From NCBI GenBank assembly GCA_020891255.1, contig BQFW01000014.1, positions 1,054,001-1,118,000 on the forward strand: a stretch of 64,000 bases of DNA, written 5' to 3'. The notes beneath the pieces are model-generated. The model saw nothing but the letters and a program-made list of their open reading frames with translations, searched no databases and was not told the DNA's origin. Position 1 is the stretch's first letter. Each line of letters begins with the position of its first letter. The stretch is from Entomortierella parvispora E1425. Taxonomy: Eukaryota; Fungi; Mortierellomycota. This document shows, in pieces, positions 1-12,935 of the stretch. Made by a program: the position numbers and the translations under genes.

Positions 1-150
1 TTAGTTTGTTGTCTATTGTATTTCTTTTGTTGTTCTTCTTCATGCTTGCTATAGACCAAATAATAGTATCCTTTCCTTGATGCAAAGTTCTGCTATGGGA
101 TGCTGTCAGTGGGCGGAAATGATGATGACGATGCAGGGTATAAATATTGC

Positions 151-178
151 TTAGAGTTTCGGGTGAAGGTTCTGTGCC
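151..178 (-). CDS. IPP1: Candidate alternative terminal exon of IPP1 encoding (V)AQNLHPKL*, a PTS1-like tail
   Basis: Donor GTAAAT at 553 overlapping the stop codon; CTAAC branch point at 227-223; pyrimidine tract; CAG acceptor at 181-179; in-frame join ending PKL-TAA at 151. Confidence 0.65.
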
Positions 179-549
179 CTGTGGAGGAATGAAACGGAGA
201 AAAAGAGAGGGAAGGAGAGAAAGTTAGTAGTGCCATCCACCAAATGTTTCTCTTGGTATCCTTCTGCCGTGGCCCACCCTGCATGAGGCTTCTCTCTGTA
301 GGGTTCTTTTTTGTTATTTATTACAAAATCATCCACACCAATCGACTTGATGATTCGATAGGAGAAAATGACCTTATGGATCTGAAAGGTATGAAAATGG
401 AGAACCCATCCCGCAGACATTTACAGACCCCAACTCTTTTTTTGTAGTGGAAAAGTGTACGTTGGAACAACAAGAGGGATGAGAGAAAGAAAAAAAAAGT
501 GGGAAAAAATACACTGAAGGGAAGAGGAGAAAAAAAAACAATCAGATAT

Positions 550-1941
550 TTACACCCTGTTGACGTAGAACCACTTGTCGATGGAGCCGTCGATGGGAGC
601 AGCAGGCTGGCGAGAGTCGGCAGGAACGCTGGTGACAATGGGGTTCTGGGCATCAACATGGCCAATGCTGTTGGCAACAGTGACGTTGCTCCTGTTGGTT
701 TCAAGACAAAAAAACAAAGTTAGAACATCATCATATTTTTATCTCTCTTGACCTTACAAAACAGGACAGAAAAACCAAGCAGATGGATGATCAATTGTAG
801 CTTACACTTTGACTTCTGAGGGGGTCTTGCCAGACATCAAACGGGTCCAGGCCTCGTGAGTGTCCTTGACAACCTGGAGGGCGTAGTCTCTGTTCTTGGC
901 AGCGCCATCGAAAGCAAACTGGTTCTCGGGCTTGCCATCGGGGATCTTGTAGATGCGGAACCAGTCACGGGTGGCATCAATGAATCCGGGCATGTTCTTC
1001 TCAATATCCTCAATGTCGTTCAACTTCTCGGCCAAAGGATCGTTGACATCGATAGCAAGAAGCTTCCAGTCAGTCTCACCTAGATAAAATGAACAGGCAA
1101 AAAAGTTGCCCCACCAGGAGTATTGTTAAGATTTCATCATATGAGCGTGGATGTGTGTTCATTGTCATATCTAAATTTGTCATTTTTTTTTACCTTCATC
1201 CAAGAGAGCCATAACACCAAGAACCTTGACCTGCTTGATCTGACCAGTGTAGCCAATGGCCTCACCAATCTCGCAGACATCAACGGGATCGTTATCACCC
1301 TTGGCGCCAGTGTCCTTGTCGACGTGAGTGGGGTCCTCCCAGGTCTAAAATATATCAAGAGTCGAATGTCACACGCGTTTAGTACTAACCCGACAAAAGT
1401 AATCCGCATCTTATCTGCAAATCCTTTGCTCTTTTTTTTTTTGCTGATCCGGATCTACACACACGACACAACCAAATCACCGCCACCTCCCGAGTGACAA
1501 AAAAGAATCCAGCCGTACCTGGGGAAGAGCACCATAGTTCCAGATGTAACCCTTGTGGGGGAAGGGGTTGCGGACGAAGCGGAGCTTGCCCTTCTTGACA
1601 TCCTGCTTGATGGGGTTCAACTCATCATCCTTGGAGATCTCGAGCTTAGCGTTGGACCAACGGGGAATCTCAACAATCATGTTGAAGACGTTGTTGGCCT
1701 TGTCAGCGTAGAGAGGAACGTCGTGGAAGGCGGAGACGGGGGTGCCCTCCTGGTTCTCTAAAAGTCGAGGTATCCGTCACCATCAAGCGGAAGGAAGGTG
1801 TTAGCAGAGAGGCACCAACGAAGGCGCGAAATACAGCTTTCATCAGAATGTTTGAAAACAAGACGTGGCCTTACGGAGGTAAACACGGTAGTCGAGGGTG
1901 TTGGGGGCACCGATGACACGGGTGGTGAATTGCTGGGACAT
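550..1941 (-). CDS. IPP1: Inorganic pyrophosphatase (family I), 5 exons (1941-1875, 1757-1519, 1344-1194, 1079-806, then a last exon to TAA at 550)
   Basis: [21 protein letters not shown]..., [47 protein letters not shown] and [18 protein letters not shown] motifs; canonical GT-AG introns join in frame. Confidence 0.97.
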
Positions 1942-2580
1942 GTTGAAGGCTGAGGAGTGGAGGGTGCGTGCACGGATTGGGGAGTGAAGGGATGCGGTGC
2001 GGAGGAGGCGGACGCTTGTAGAGATCAGGGAAGCCAGGATGGAAAGGGGAAAGGGAAGGAAGAGGTGTGGGAAGCGAATGGAACAAAGGGAGGAATATGA
2101 AGGGCGACTTGGTGACATCGGCATCGAGTGACTGCTGCTTTGATCTGGTTCTTGCGCCTTCCCAGTGCACTCCGGGCTGGAAGCATTGCAAAGGAGGCGT
2201 CTGTTCTTGTTAATTGCTCCGCCTTCCGCAGTTCTGCACAAGTCTATGGCTGCTACCGAGATGCATCGGTTGTCCTTCAACAACCTTTCTCTTCTCGTAC
2301 AGTCAGGAAAGCCAGTGCTTTTTGCGATATCGCGAGGCTTTTCGACGCGATTGAGTCACGTGCTCAAAATAATGCCCCACTTTGAAAGGCACGGTGGCTT
2401 GTGTTGTTATGGCGAGCAAAAAAAGAAAAAAGCAGACGCCCAAGCAAAAGAAGACCCAATGGTACTCTGAATGTTGTTCTCGTCCACTCCTCAGTCTCAT
2501 CTCCTCACTGTGTAGCTGCCCTTCCTTCCTATCCCTTTCCTTTCATCTACCCACCGTTCCATCACACCTACACATACAGC

Positions 2581-4444
2581 ATGTCCACCCAGTTTGCATT
2601 GGATGGCCTGGAGGTGCGTCTTTCTTTTTTTTTTTTACACCGGGGCGATTGCTAATTGCCTTGAAGAAGAAACAGAAAAGAAAACCAGACCTTTTCGGTC
2701 GTTGGTTGTGCCTTGAAGTCTGTTGGAGCATCAAGAAGCAAACCATCAGAAATTTGACGCTCTCCATCCTAACTCTTTTCTTCCCCCCTGTCCCTGCCCC
2801 TTTATCGTTCGATTCCCTGATTTACAGGAGAGGATCAAGACCCACGGAGGAGAGTTTGATTCCCTGTTGAAGTTGATCCCTGCCCAGTACTATATTACAC
2901 AAGAACTCACAGAAGAAGAACAGGTAAAGATAATTACCCACGATCTTTGTCATCTAGTTCTTTTGCTTTCCTTCATGTGCTCATCTAGATGTTCTCTCAT
3001 TCTCTTCTAGAACTCAAAATACCAACATAACAAGAAGAAACGTGCCCCAAAACAGGAGATCAAGGACCGGTCAAAGAAGGCCAAGAAGGCCAAGGTACTT
3101 TCTCGACCCACCTTGCTCTTCATGGAAACGCCAATGCATCATTGCAACTTGCCGATGATGATGGGTCTCCTTGGATGTACAATTGATGTTAAACAATGCT
3201 TTCTCCGATACTGACCCCTTATTTTAAATCGTTATTTTTTATCCTTTTCTTCTTGGTCATTGTTACCAGCTCGACCCAGAAAACATCAAGTCGATCGCAG
3301 ATATTCAGTCAGAGATGGCCAACAAGGGAGGCAACAGCGACGACGAGGATGAGGATTCCGAGAACGACGCCGACATGGTCGATTCAGATGAGGAGAACCC
3401 TGTTGAGGACGACTCTGAGGCCCCAGTGATTGCAAAGTCATCGACTCACAACTTTGACGGATTGTTGGCCCAGGTCCAGAACGTGGCCCAGACCCCAGCA
3501 CAGGGTCCCAAGTCGATCACTGAACTTCGTGCCAAGCTCGAGGAGCGTTTGGCCAAGCTTCGTGGACGTCGTGGCAACAATGCAGAGGCCAATGCCGGTG
3601 CAGCCAAGCCAACATCTCGACAGGCCATTTTGGAGGCTCGCTTGAAGAGGAGAAAGGACAAGAAGGCGTCACAGAAGCTCGCCAAGGAGAAGCGTGCCAA
3701 CGGTGGATCCGAGGGATTGTTGGTCAAGGAGACAGAGGGTACTTCCAGCAATGGCAAGCCTTCGGCCTCCTCTATTAATGACAAGGGCGAGGTTCGTTTC
3801 AGCAAATTCGAGTTTGCTGGATTGCAAAAGAAGAAGAAGGGTCCCACAGATGCTCAGGGTCAGCTCAAGATGGTGGAGGCTCACAAGGAAAAGTTGGCAG
3901 CTTTGCAGGTCGCTGATCCTGAAAAGGCCAATGCCTTGAAGGAAAAGGATACCTGGAAGAAGGCTCTTCAGCTCGCTCAGGGTGAGAAGGTCAAGGATGA
4001 TGTCAAGCTCTTGAAGAAGACCATCAAGCGTGAGGAGACATTTAAGAAGAAGAGCTCCAAGGAGTGGGGTGAGCGCAAGTCTACTGTTGCCAAGGGCAAG
4101 GACCAGAAGCAGAAGAGGCGCGAGGAGAACCTCAAGGCTCGTCTTGATCAGGCCAAGAACAAGGGCAAGAAGGAGAAGACTGGCGATAAAAAGAAGGGCG
4201 GCGCCAAGGGAGGAAAGGGAGGAAAGGGAGGCAAACCTAAGGCTGTAAGTGACTTTAGATTGTTGTTTTCCCCTTTGTTTTCCTGTTTATGTTTGTTTGC
4301 GCAATCACCAGCCATGATATTGCGAACGCGAATGCTATTCTAACCTACTCTTCCTCTTTCTCTTTGATATCTTTCATTCAATAGCGTGCAGGATTCGAGG
4401 GTAAAAACAGCAAAAAGCCCTCGTCCAAGCCATCCAAGAAATAA
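2581..4444 (+). CDS. RRP14: SURF6/Rrp14 family nucleolar ribosome biogenesis protein, multi-exon
   Basis: N-terminal ERIKTHGGEFDSLLKLIPAQYY; Lys-rich body; SURF6 motif KVKDDVKLLKKTIKREETFKKKSSKEWGER; last exon RAGFEGK. Confidence 0.92.
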
Positions 4445-4558
4445 ACAGCATTGCATATCATTATACACATTACAAGGTCTATGTTCAATTGATTTATATG
4501 ATAATGTATGATGCGATGCTGGCGTGTGAACGAGTATATTTCTTCATGTCGGGTATTC

Positions 4559-5775
4559 TTATACGCGGAATCCCTTCTATAAATATTGAAGGTGTTGAGT
4601 GTTAGCAAGTCATCTCTTTCAGTTCTTTATCGATTCTTCCAGTGTTGAGAGGGGTAGTTTACCGAAGCAAAGAGACCAAGAACAGACTTTGCGCCGAATT
4701 CGGCCATTTGGATCACTTCCGAGGTGGCTTTGCCGACGGTGGCAGCATCCTCGAATCTTCGCTCCAAGAACCTTTGGGTGGCCTGGTAGTTGGGGGTCTT
4801 ATCCGTGGTCATGTAAAGCTCCGTGGTCGTGTAAACTCCAGCAAGAGAGGCGCGTTTCGTGTACCAGTTCATCTATTATTGATTGATGGAGGATCAAGGT
4901 TACATTAATGTGGTTCTTTTCCGATATGAACTAAGGTAGAGAAGCCATCGAACTCGCGATTACATCACGCGCTCAACTTACATCTGCGCTTTTGTCTCCA
5001 GCAAGGTGCCAGATCTCGTCCACAATCTTGGCCAAATGGTTCAGTGACATGGGTACATTCTTGGGCTGGCCCATAACGGCCAATGCTTCAGGCCAGCGGT
5101 CGATATAGGGAGCAATCATGCCGAGTCTGGTCAATGTTCCGAGCTTGATCTTTTCCTGAGTGCTCAATCTATCCGAATTTCCGTACACTGTTAGGCTAGG
5201 CAGTGTTGTCGGTGGCATTTGGTCTAATCACTTGTAAATAGGATGTCACATTACCCCTCCATGCGTCCCTCCAACTCCAGAGGCAGACGGTTGAGACAAT
5301 CCTGCAAGAAGTAGTCAATGAGATCGGCTCCGCCGTTGGGGAACATGCCATGAACAATCGCGGGATACCCCATGGACTCGGCAGCCTTGGCGATTGAGGT
5401 AGAAGTCCATCCATGCTCTGGGACGAAGGTCAGCGCATTCTTAAGGATGGCCTCTGGGGTGGTCTTTCCAGCAGGACGGAGAGTTGATTCGGAGGATCTT
5501 GATTTCCAATAAAAAAATAAAAAAAGCAAAATATGAGTACATTGCGAGGGAAGAAGGGAGGTTGCGGAGCAAACTAAACAGGCGGAACCCTCCTTCAGCA
5601 GCCGAAACAAGGTGTCCTACTTGGGTTGTTGAGTATCTTCTGCTTGCAAGGATGCGGCGGAGGAGTTCAAGCAGCGAGCAGGGGTTGAGCGTGCAAGCAT
5701 GGGACCGGCACTGGAGCGCGCAAGGGCAGCAACGGCGGGGCGAGTGCTTGTGAGAGTTCGTTGCAACAGTGACAT
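4559..5775 (-). CDS. COQ9: Ubiquinone biosynthesis lipid-binding protein Coq9, with mitochondrial presequence
   Basis: MSLLQRTLTSTRPAVAALAR presequence; FVPEHGWT...[49 protein letters not shown]; last exon KGFRV*. Confidence 0.93.
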
Positions 5776-6157
5776 GGCAAGGTAGATTCAAATGAAGGAA
5801 AGGGCAGTTTGTAACGAGTGAAGCTGATTGTCGCGGGTGGAGCGAGTGTGAATGCAGAGAGAGCAAAAGAAGAGATCTCGACTGTGATCATTCCACCAAG
5901 GACACAGGCCAGGGAGAACAAGGGAAGGGAGAAGGACAGCCACCAAATCGGATGCAGCGCCCCTTAGGTACGATGAGGGCCAAGAAGAGATTGGACACGG
6001 CACACGGCACAGAAGCACCCGTCTGCGAAGCACACCTGTTCAGTGCTGTCCCTGGGAAGGGCACAAGTAAAAGTCTTAATCTTCTTTTGGCTTTGCTTTG
6101 TCTCTTTTCTTCATCCATTCCTCCTTCATCCTTTTCATCCCCTTCATCCCAGCAACA

Positions 6158-7814
6158 ATGTGGTCATCCTGTAAGTCCTTGTCCGCTCTTCCTTCCTTCC
6201 TTCCTTCCTTCCTTCCTTCCTTCCGTCCCCTCAGTCTTTCTCTCTTTTGTAAATGATTCCCTTCTCGGAGGACTCACTGTCGACCTGGTCCTTGAGAGCG
6301 ACACAGGTGCTCAGAGTCTCTTCTCGACCCAGCCCTTTTTTGCTCATGCTTCCTTGCTTACCGCAAATAAGCAAGTCCGTGTTCAAGCGCAAAGCGAGCT
6401 ACAATGACATCGCCCATGAGAGCCACTCTGGCCTCAGCATCCAATGACCACATTGTGCCTATCAATGGTATTGACCTTGACCTTCTTTCTTCCCCTTGGA
6501 TGACCCAGTGACATCCTCTGTTTCTTCTCTCACCGGTTACGGTACTCCCACTGACTCGCCCAAGCCCGGTGATATCCCCAATGCCGGTGAGGGCGTCCAG
6601 TCTGCTGCCTCGCTCTGCAAGGACGGCAACTACTACTCTCCCTTGACCACCAAGGACCTTGAATGGACCATTGCCGCCACTGCCTCTACTGAGACCCAGA
6701 CCTTCTACTGCATCAATGACCAGGGGTACTTTGGTCACGTTCAGTTGATCCACTCCAACCTCGGGTAAGGACATGCCTCTTTCCCCCCTTCTCCTTTAGC
6801 CAGACAAGTGACTCCTCCGCTGCAGCAGGACGCAATGTGGCAAACGACTGGACCAAGCACCGATGGCCTGACCCCTGACCCTGACCCTGACCCACCCGTC
6901 TTTAATTTTTGTTCGTCATCTCTAGAATCTGGGGTGCGCCTGCCTCTGTCCAGATGACTGCCCGCTTCCGTGGCGACGGCATCAACAAGTTCTTCTCCAT
7001 CAACTTGACCAACTTTGTGCTCTCTGGTGACAAGCTCTCGGCCTCGACCAACTTGATGTCTGTTACTATGTCCCCTGACGGCAATAAGTTCACAATCCAA
7101 GTCACCAACCCCCCAGATCTGATTGCCTCCTTGACCTTTGAGCGCACCACGGCCGGCTACAAGATTGGAGAGGGCAAGAGCTTCTTTGGCGATGGATTTG
7201 TCTCTCACAAGTTCTGGCCCGCCTGCAAAGTTTCGGGCATGATGATTGTCGAGGGCAAGGCTCATGATATGGCTGGCGAGGGTACATTTGTGCACGCGAT
7301 CCAGGGAATGCGTCCTCACTTGGTCGCCTCCAAGTGGAGCTATGTCGACTTTTCAGGAAAGAACGCCGAGACCGACAACAAGGCCAAGCTCTCGTTGGTT
7401 CAGTTCACCACGCCCGAGTACTACGGAAGCGCCACTGTCACTCAAGGATCGATCGTCTTTGATGGAGCATTGGTCGGCGTTGCTGTCGACAACAAGACCG
7501 AGTTTGTCACAACTGTGTTTGACGAGGAGACTGGGTACAATCCCCCCACAGAGATTAACTATGTTTGGGAGGGCAAGACTTTGGAGGGTGGCAAGCCTTT
7601 CAAGGCCATCTTGAATGTAAAGCCTAAAGGTCTTTGCCAGAAGGTTGACTTGTTGGCTGAGATCCCATGGGCTCTTCGCAAGATTGTTTCCACGTTCGTG
7701 GCCAAGCCCATCATCTACCAATGGTACGATGATGCTTCTGCCGTGGTCACACTTGATGATAAGGAGCACAAGGTGACAGGTCACGTCTACCACGAGGCCA
7801 CCTTTGTCATGTAA
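6158..7814 (+). CDS. SVF1: Survival factor 1 (Svf1-like) protein; first coding exon is 13 nt
   Basis: Spliced start MWSSLTSSVSSLTGYG; TETQTFY...QLIHSNLG; HKFWP, GEGTFVHAIQGMRPHLVASKW; KVDLLAEIPWALRKIVSTFVAKPIIYQW. Confidence 0.9.
6188..6224 (+). repeat. (CTTC)n microsatellite in SVF1 intron 1
   Basis: About 9 tandem CTTC units read directly. Confidence 0.9.
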
Positions 7815-7957
7815 AGCGCCTCTTTTTCTCAATCATTCACCCTAGAATACACCTAATGTCACATGTTTTTTTATTAAGGGTCTGCCCTGTCCCTCTTGGT
7901 TTCAACATGCATCGCTTTTCTGCACTTTCGCTCAAACAACTTATACACATCCACACC

Positions 7958-9286
7958 ATGATCGCAACGAACGGGAGCATCGACCACTCAGATATATCTA
8001 AAAGACCCGAGAATGTAGCACGGATATGTAGCCAACTCAGAGATCTCGCCACAGAGATGGCATCACTACGCCGACAAAAGTCATCCAATCAGGACAATGT
8101 CATGGACGTTGACCTTGAGTACGAGGTAAAGATTTAAACAACATGGAGGCGGAGGCAGGCATCAGGCATGGGAGGGAAGGGTCAAGAGAAGAAACTATCT
8201 CAATGTCAAGTTCCATGGAATATCCAAAGAGACCTGTCGTTACGTAGTTGATGATCGCTGCACTTTTTGTATTTATTACTAACGAGAGATCTTGATTTTG
8301 TTTTTTGTTCTTTGTGGACCTTAGGATCTGAACGATTCCACCACCACCAAAACCAACACGCCTGTCGACCCCGAGATCAAAAAGCAACTGGGAGAAAAGT
8401 CGTTCCAGGGCATGATGTTGATCTCCTCCCTCAAGACCCTGAACCGTCAGCTGTACCATAACGAGCGAGCATTGCGAAATGATCTCACGGACCAGAAATT
8501 GAACGTGGGCAAGGTTGATCTGGGCATTCAAAACATCAAATACCAGCGCAAATATCTTACGAATGAGATTGCTCGTTGTCGCGATATGGAGTAAGCTACC
8601 CCTTTGTATAACGAAGGACAGTCGTCCTGTTTTTTTTTTTTTTTTTGAAATGAGAAAGAAGACTAACCCTTGGTTTTATAATCACTCTTTCAATTAGAAC
8701 TATATATCAGGAGGTGCCCCTCGTCTCTCTAGAAGAATTCAGACAGACAGCACCCAAGGAACTGACCACTGTCGAGGCCATGGATGACCAGGAAGAAATG
8801 CACCAGTTGATGCTGAACCGTCTCCAATTCGAGCTCGAGGAACGGAAACGGATTGATGCAGAGAAGAGGAGGTTGATTACGGTCAAGGCTAATCTCACAA
8901 AAGTCAACAAGGCCAGAACTTCGACCCTGAACAAGATTGAGCAGCAGTTGGAGAATTACATCAAGTTGAGTCAGCCTCTGCAGGATCTCTTTCAGGATCC
9001 AGTTTTGGACCCCTCAGCCCCTGCAAAGGCAAAGGAACAGGCTGCCGCTGCGTTTGCGGCCGCAACCAATGCTGCTGCTACCGCTGCCGCCTCTGCTGCA
9101 GCTGCTGCGGCAGAATCTTCTAAAACAACAGAGCCTGGAGAGATGGTGTCGTCATCTTCATCACCTGCGGCATCGTCTCTAGCAAGAGTGAGTTCTTCCG
9201 ATTCTCGTCGTCGAGGGGGAGGAGGAGGTGACAGACCTTCATCATCATCACAGGACAAGGAGGACAGGTACATGGATCTTAGCTAG
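7958..9286 (+). CDS. THOC5: THO complex subunit 5 (FMIP/Thoc5) family protein
   Basis: LKTLNR...KVDLGIQNIKYQRKYLTNEIARCRDME-TIYQEVPLVSLEEF...HQLMLNRLQFELEERKR is the Thoc5/FMIP signature. Confidence 0.85.
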
Positions 9287-9660
9287 ATAACGAGACGCAG
9301 CCCCCATTTTTGATCCCCGGTGGGGTTGTCAGATAGAATAAAATGTATGCAAATAACACGCAAATCTCGTTGGTCAAAAGGGTGTGATTTATTGGTTGTT
9401 GTTTTTTCTGTTTCTTTTTGAGAATTCGAGTTTGCAAAGTGTCGTTTTGTATGTACACGGGTGTTTTGTCATCTCTTCTCGGTCTGTCTTGAGGGCCAAG
9501 ACATGGACTCTTTTAATCTTTGGGATGCAGGTCGAATTTGTTCGTTGAACGGGACGGAGGGGAGGTTGGATTCCTTCTGGTTTCTTTTGCAGGGCCATCG
9601 CGGCGGGCATGGCGCCTTGGCATCCCATTCATATCGCCAAGGCACACCTGTTGTCTTATT

Positions 9661-12600
9661 TTAAATAATCATGCCCTAAACAAGTGGCAACAGTCGCGTT
9701 AGTCTCATGGACAGAAAAAAAAAAGATCGTTTTTAAAACAAAGCGATAGGACCAATGAGACGGAGAGGAATCTTTTTTACCTGCAAGAGCATCTCCTTGC
9801 GGACCTGCTCAAAAACTTTCAGCATCTTGCGACGGGCTCCCAGAGCAGCCACTCCCTTGTTGATCAGATCTCCATCTGAAAGATTAACAATATCGCGCCA
9901 GTTCATCCCCTCAAAGATGTTGTTATATTTGTGCAGCCGTAATGATCTCAGCCATGCTGGGGTATCTGTTGAGGAGAACAAAAAAGAGATTAGGTTAAGA
10001 GTCGTTAGTGAGCTATTCTTGAATCAAACAATATGACAACGAGGTTTTGACTTTTTGGCAACTAACAAAGAGAAGCATGGAGAGGATGAAACCAAGTTTA
10101 CCTTGTAAGAGTTCAAAATCGACGCCCTCGGGTTGCTTCTTATCTTTGGGTGCAGATCCACCACGGCCATGGTGACCATTCATACCAAGACTCGAGATAT
10201 CACTGGTGTCGCTCAGATAGTCATCGTCCAAAGCAGTCGTGGAGGAGGATGACCCCATATGGTGATAATGGCTGTTGTAGAGGTTGCTATTATGATGCAT
10301 CTGCATCTGCTGCTGTTGAGGCGGCTGCTGCTGCTGAAGAGGTCGAGAATGGTTGTTACCAGGTGGGGACAAGTGTCGCTTTTGGTTGTATTCCACAGGA
10401 ATCAATCCTTGGTCAGAGCCAAAAGCGTGGCCACCATGGTTGAATTGACTTGCTCCAGGGGTCCAGGCGTTGTTGGCAGTGGACGGCCCCGAATTAGTGT
10501 TATTGGTGTTGTTGCCATTGTTGTTGTATTGTTGTGGCTGAGCTGTCAATCGAGGCGAGGTCGATCCCGAAACCGGTCGAGAGCGGAAACCTGCCTTGAT
10601 GGGGGAAGGAAGCGGCGAAGAAAAGGGAGAGGCGGCTCTAGAGCGAGGTTGCTGAAGAGACTGCGAGTTCTGTTGCTGTCCTGGGGAGGAGCGATGGGTG
10701 TTCGAGGCTGAGGGATCCAAACTCAGAGTTTGCAACAGTTGAACAGCCTGCTGTTGTTGCTGATTGTACCCATCCTGGGCAGTGTTGCCTCCTGCAGCCC
10801 CTGTCGATCCAGCTTCGGCGCCGCTGGAGGGGACGGATCCAGATCCATCTCCCTTGGCACTTTCAGTACTCGTCGTTTCATTAAACATGGTCGAGACAAT
10901 GTTGATCGAGGAAGTGTTGGCGCTCGCGCTCAACAACTTCTCATCACCTTCAAGAACTGTAACCGGTACGTTCGAGATGATGGCGCTCGGTCGAAGCAAA
11001 GTCCTGCGCCTGTTGTTTGCCTTGATTTCCTCTAGGCTAGCACCCGATCTCTGGGACGATCCAGCGTTACCCCCTCCACCAGCCGCAGCACTGTTGTTTT
11101 GGACCCATTGTGAAATGTTCAACTTTGCCAAATCGGCCTCCGTCACAGACTTTGGCCGCTCAACAGCTAGTCCGGACGAGCCTGAAAAGCTTCCTGCGCT
11201 CAGGCTATGACCCGTTCCGTTGGACCCATTGTGGAAACCACCCATGGTCGGGGACATGATCAAAGGCGTCCATGGCTTATCTAACCCATCAGCAGCGCCT
11301 CCCTGCGACGATACTGATCCTGATCGAAGGCTGTTGTGGTTCGAAGAGCTCAACATCCATTCTGCGCCACCAACAGATTTTGGTCGTCCAAACGAAGTTC
11401 GATCTCCAATGTTGCCAGGAGATCCAGAGGTTGATCCAGCAGAGCCCGAAAGGGCACCATTTGCTCCCCCATTCATATTAGGCAGAGGGTTGGCACCCAA
11501 GGAAGCAAAATTCCAGTTGGACGAGAACACAGAAGAAGAGTCGCCTTCGTGTACAGACTTGGGTCGGTTGCCAAACATGTTCGGAGCACTGATCCTGTTG
11601 AGCGATCCAGGCGAAGTCTTGAACTGATTCGAGCGTGCGGCAATAGACTCTGACAAAGCGCCGCTTCCGATCACACCAGAAGAGTTGCCGTTGGCGTTGC
11701 CATTAAGACTGCCACTGCTGCCAAACTTGTTGCTGTTGTTGTTATTGTTGCCATTATTGTTGTTGTTGGTGATGGGAGTAGTTCGGCCCAGAAAGTCAAT
11801 GCTGTTCCGATGGCCGTCTCTCCTGAAAAGACGGTTGTATTCTTCGCTTCCACCAATAGTCACAGAATGGCGATCATACAGTCGACGCTGTTGTGCAGGT
11901 CGATCCAGTGGTGCAGGAGGCTGAATGGGCAACACGTTCAGCAGTCGCTGACTTGCCTCCATCTCCGCCTTGAGCATGGCACCATGCAGTTGGTTCTGCA
12001 CTGGGTCTATGGAGCAATCAAAACAAAGAGTATGGTTGAGTCTGCAGCCCAAATCGCTCTCGGTTCATTTCCAAGGTGGCTCCCAATGTTCCATTATTAT
12101 CGTTACCTTTTTCATTGTGAGTTGGAGACAATAAAGCACCCACAGGATCCTTCTTGGCCATTTGCTGGAGAACAGTGATGAAGAAGCGGATCTGAACCTG
12201 GGAAGAGTGCTGAAGCAGAGAGTACAGCGCAGCTGTCCGCTCAGCCTCCGACAACACCCTGAACCACGACTCGATCGTCGACAGTTCGTCCTTGAAGACC
12301 ATGTCCAGTGATACTACAGCCATCTCCTCCAGCGTCTGTTCATAATGCGACAGGTCTTCGAACCACTTGTCGATGGCCTCGGCTAATGAGTCAGCAGTTA
12401 TCCATATTACGCCGCAGCGGAATGAAAGACAAAGGCAGATAAAAAAAGAAAGGATGGCAATAAACAGCGAGAGTGTTCCTTTGTCAGTAACAGCGCAATG
12501 TAGCTTTAAAAAAAAGACTCCTGGCTCCAAGGCAAAGAACAAGGTGCAAAGGCAAAGAACAAGGTGCGAAAGACGCGGAGGAGAGAGTGCTGTCATGACA

Positions 12601-12795
12601 GGTAGACATCTTTGGCAAAGCATACCTTCAGGCGACTGAAAGTTGTTGGTGTGGAAGGGATGATGGTGTCCCTGGGGCAAGATTTCCGATGCAGGTCGGG
12701 CACCCCGATGGAAGTGTTGCTGCTGCTGCTGCTTCTGTTGTTGGTTCTGTACATGTTGCTGCTGGTGTCCAGACGCAAAGTGGTTCTGCTGTTGC

Positions 12796-12827
<32 letters not shown>

Positions 12828-12935
12828 AAGCATGGTTGGGCTGAAGTCTGGCTGTCGAAAGCTCGCAGTGGGATCAAACGACTGCTTCCCCTGGTCAGAC
12901 AGCATGGTAAGGGGCTCGGAGGGGCGTCTTGCCAT
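9661..12935 (-). CDS. VTS1: Vts1/Smaug-like SAM-domain RNA-binding protein with Q/N-rich regions
   Basis: N-terminal [36 protein letters not shown]; C-terminal SAM domain [50 protein letters not shown]. Confidence 0.93.

Noticed and set aside
3150-3215. ATGATGA...CTGA in an RRP14 intron
   Set aside because: The CTGA is the branch-point motif, with no stem and no convincing guide.
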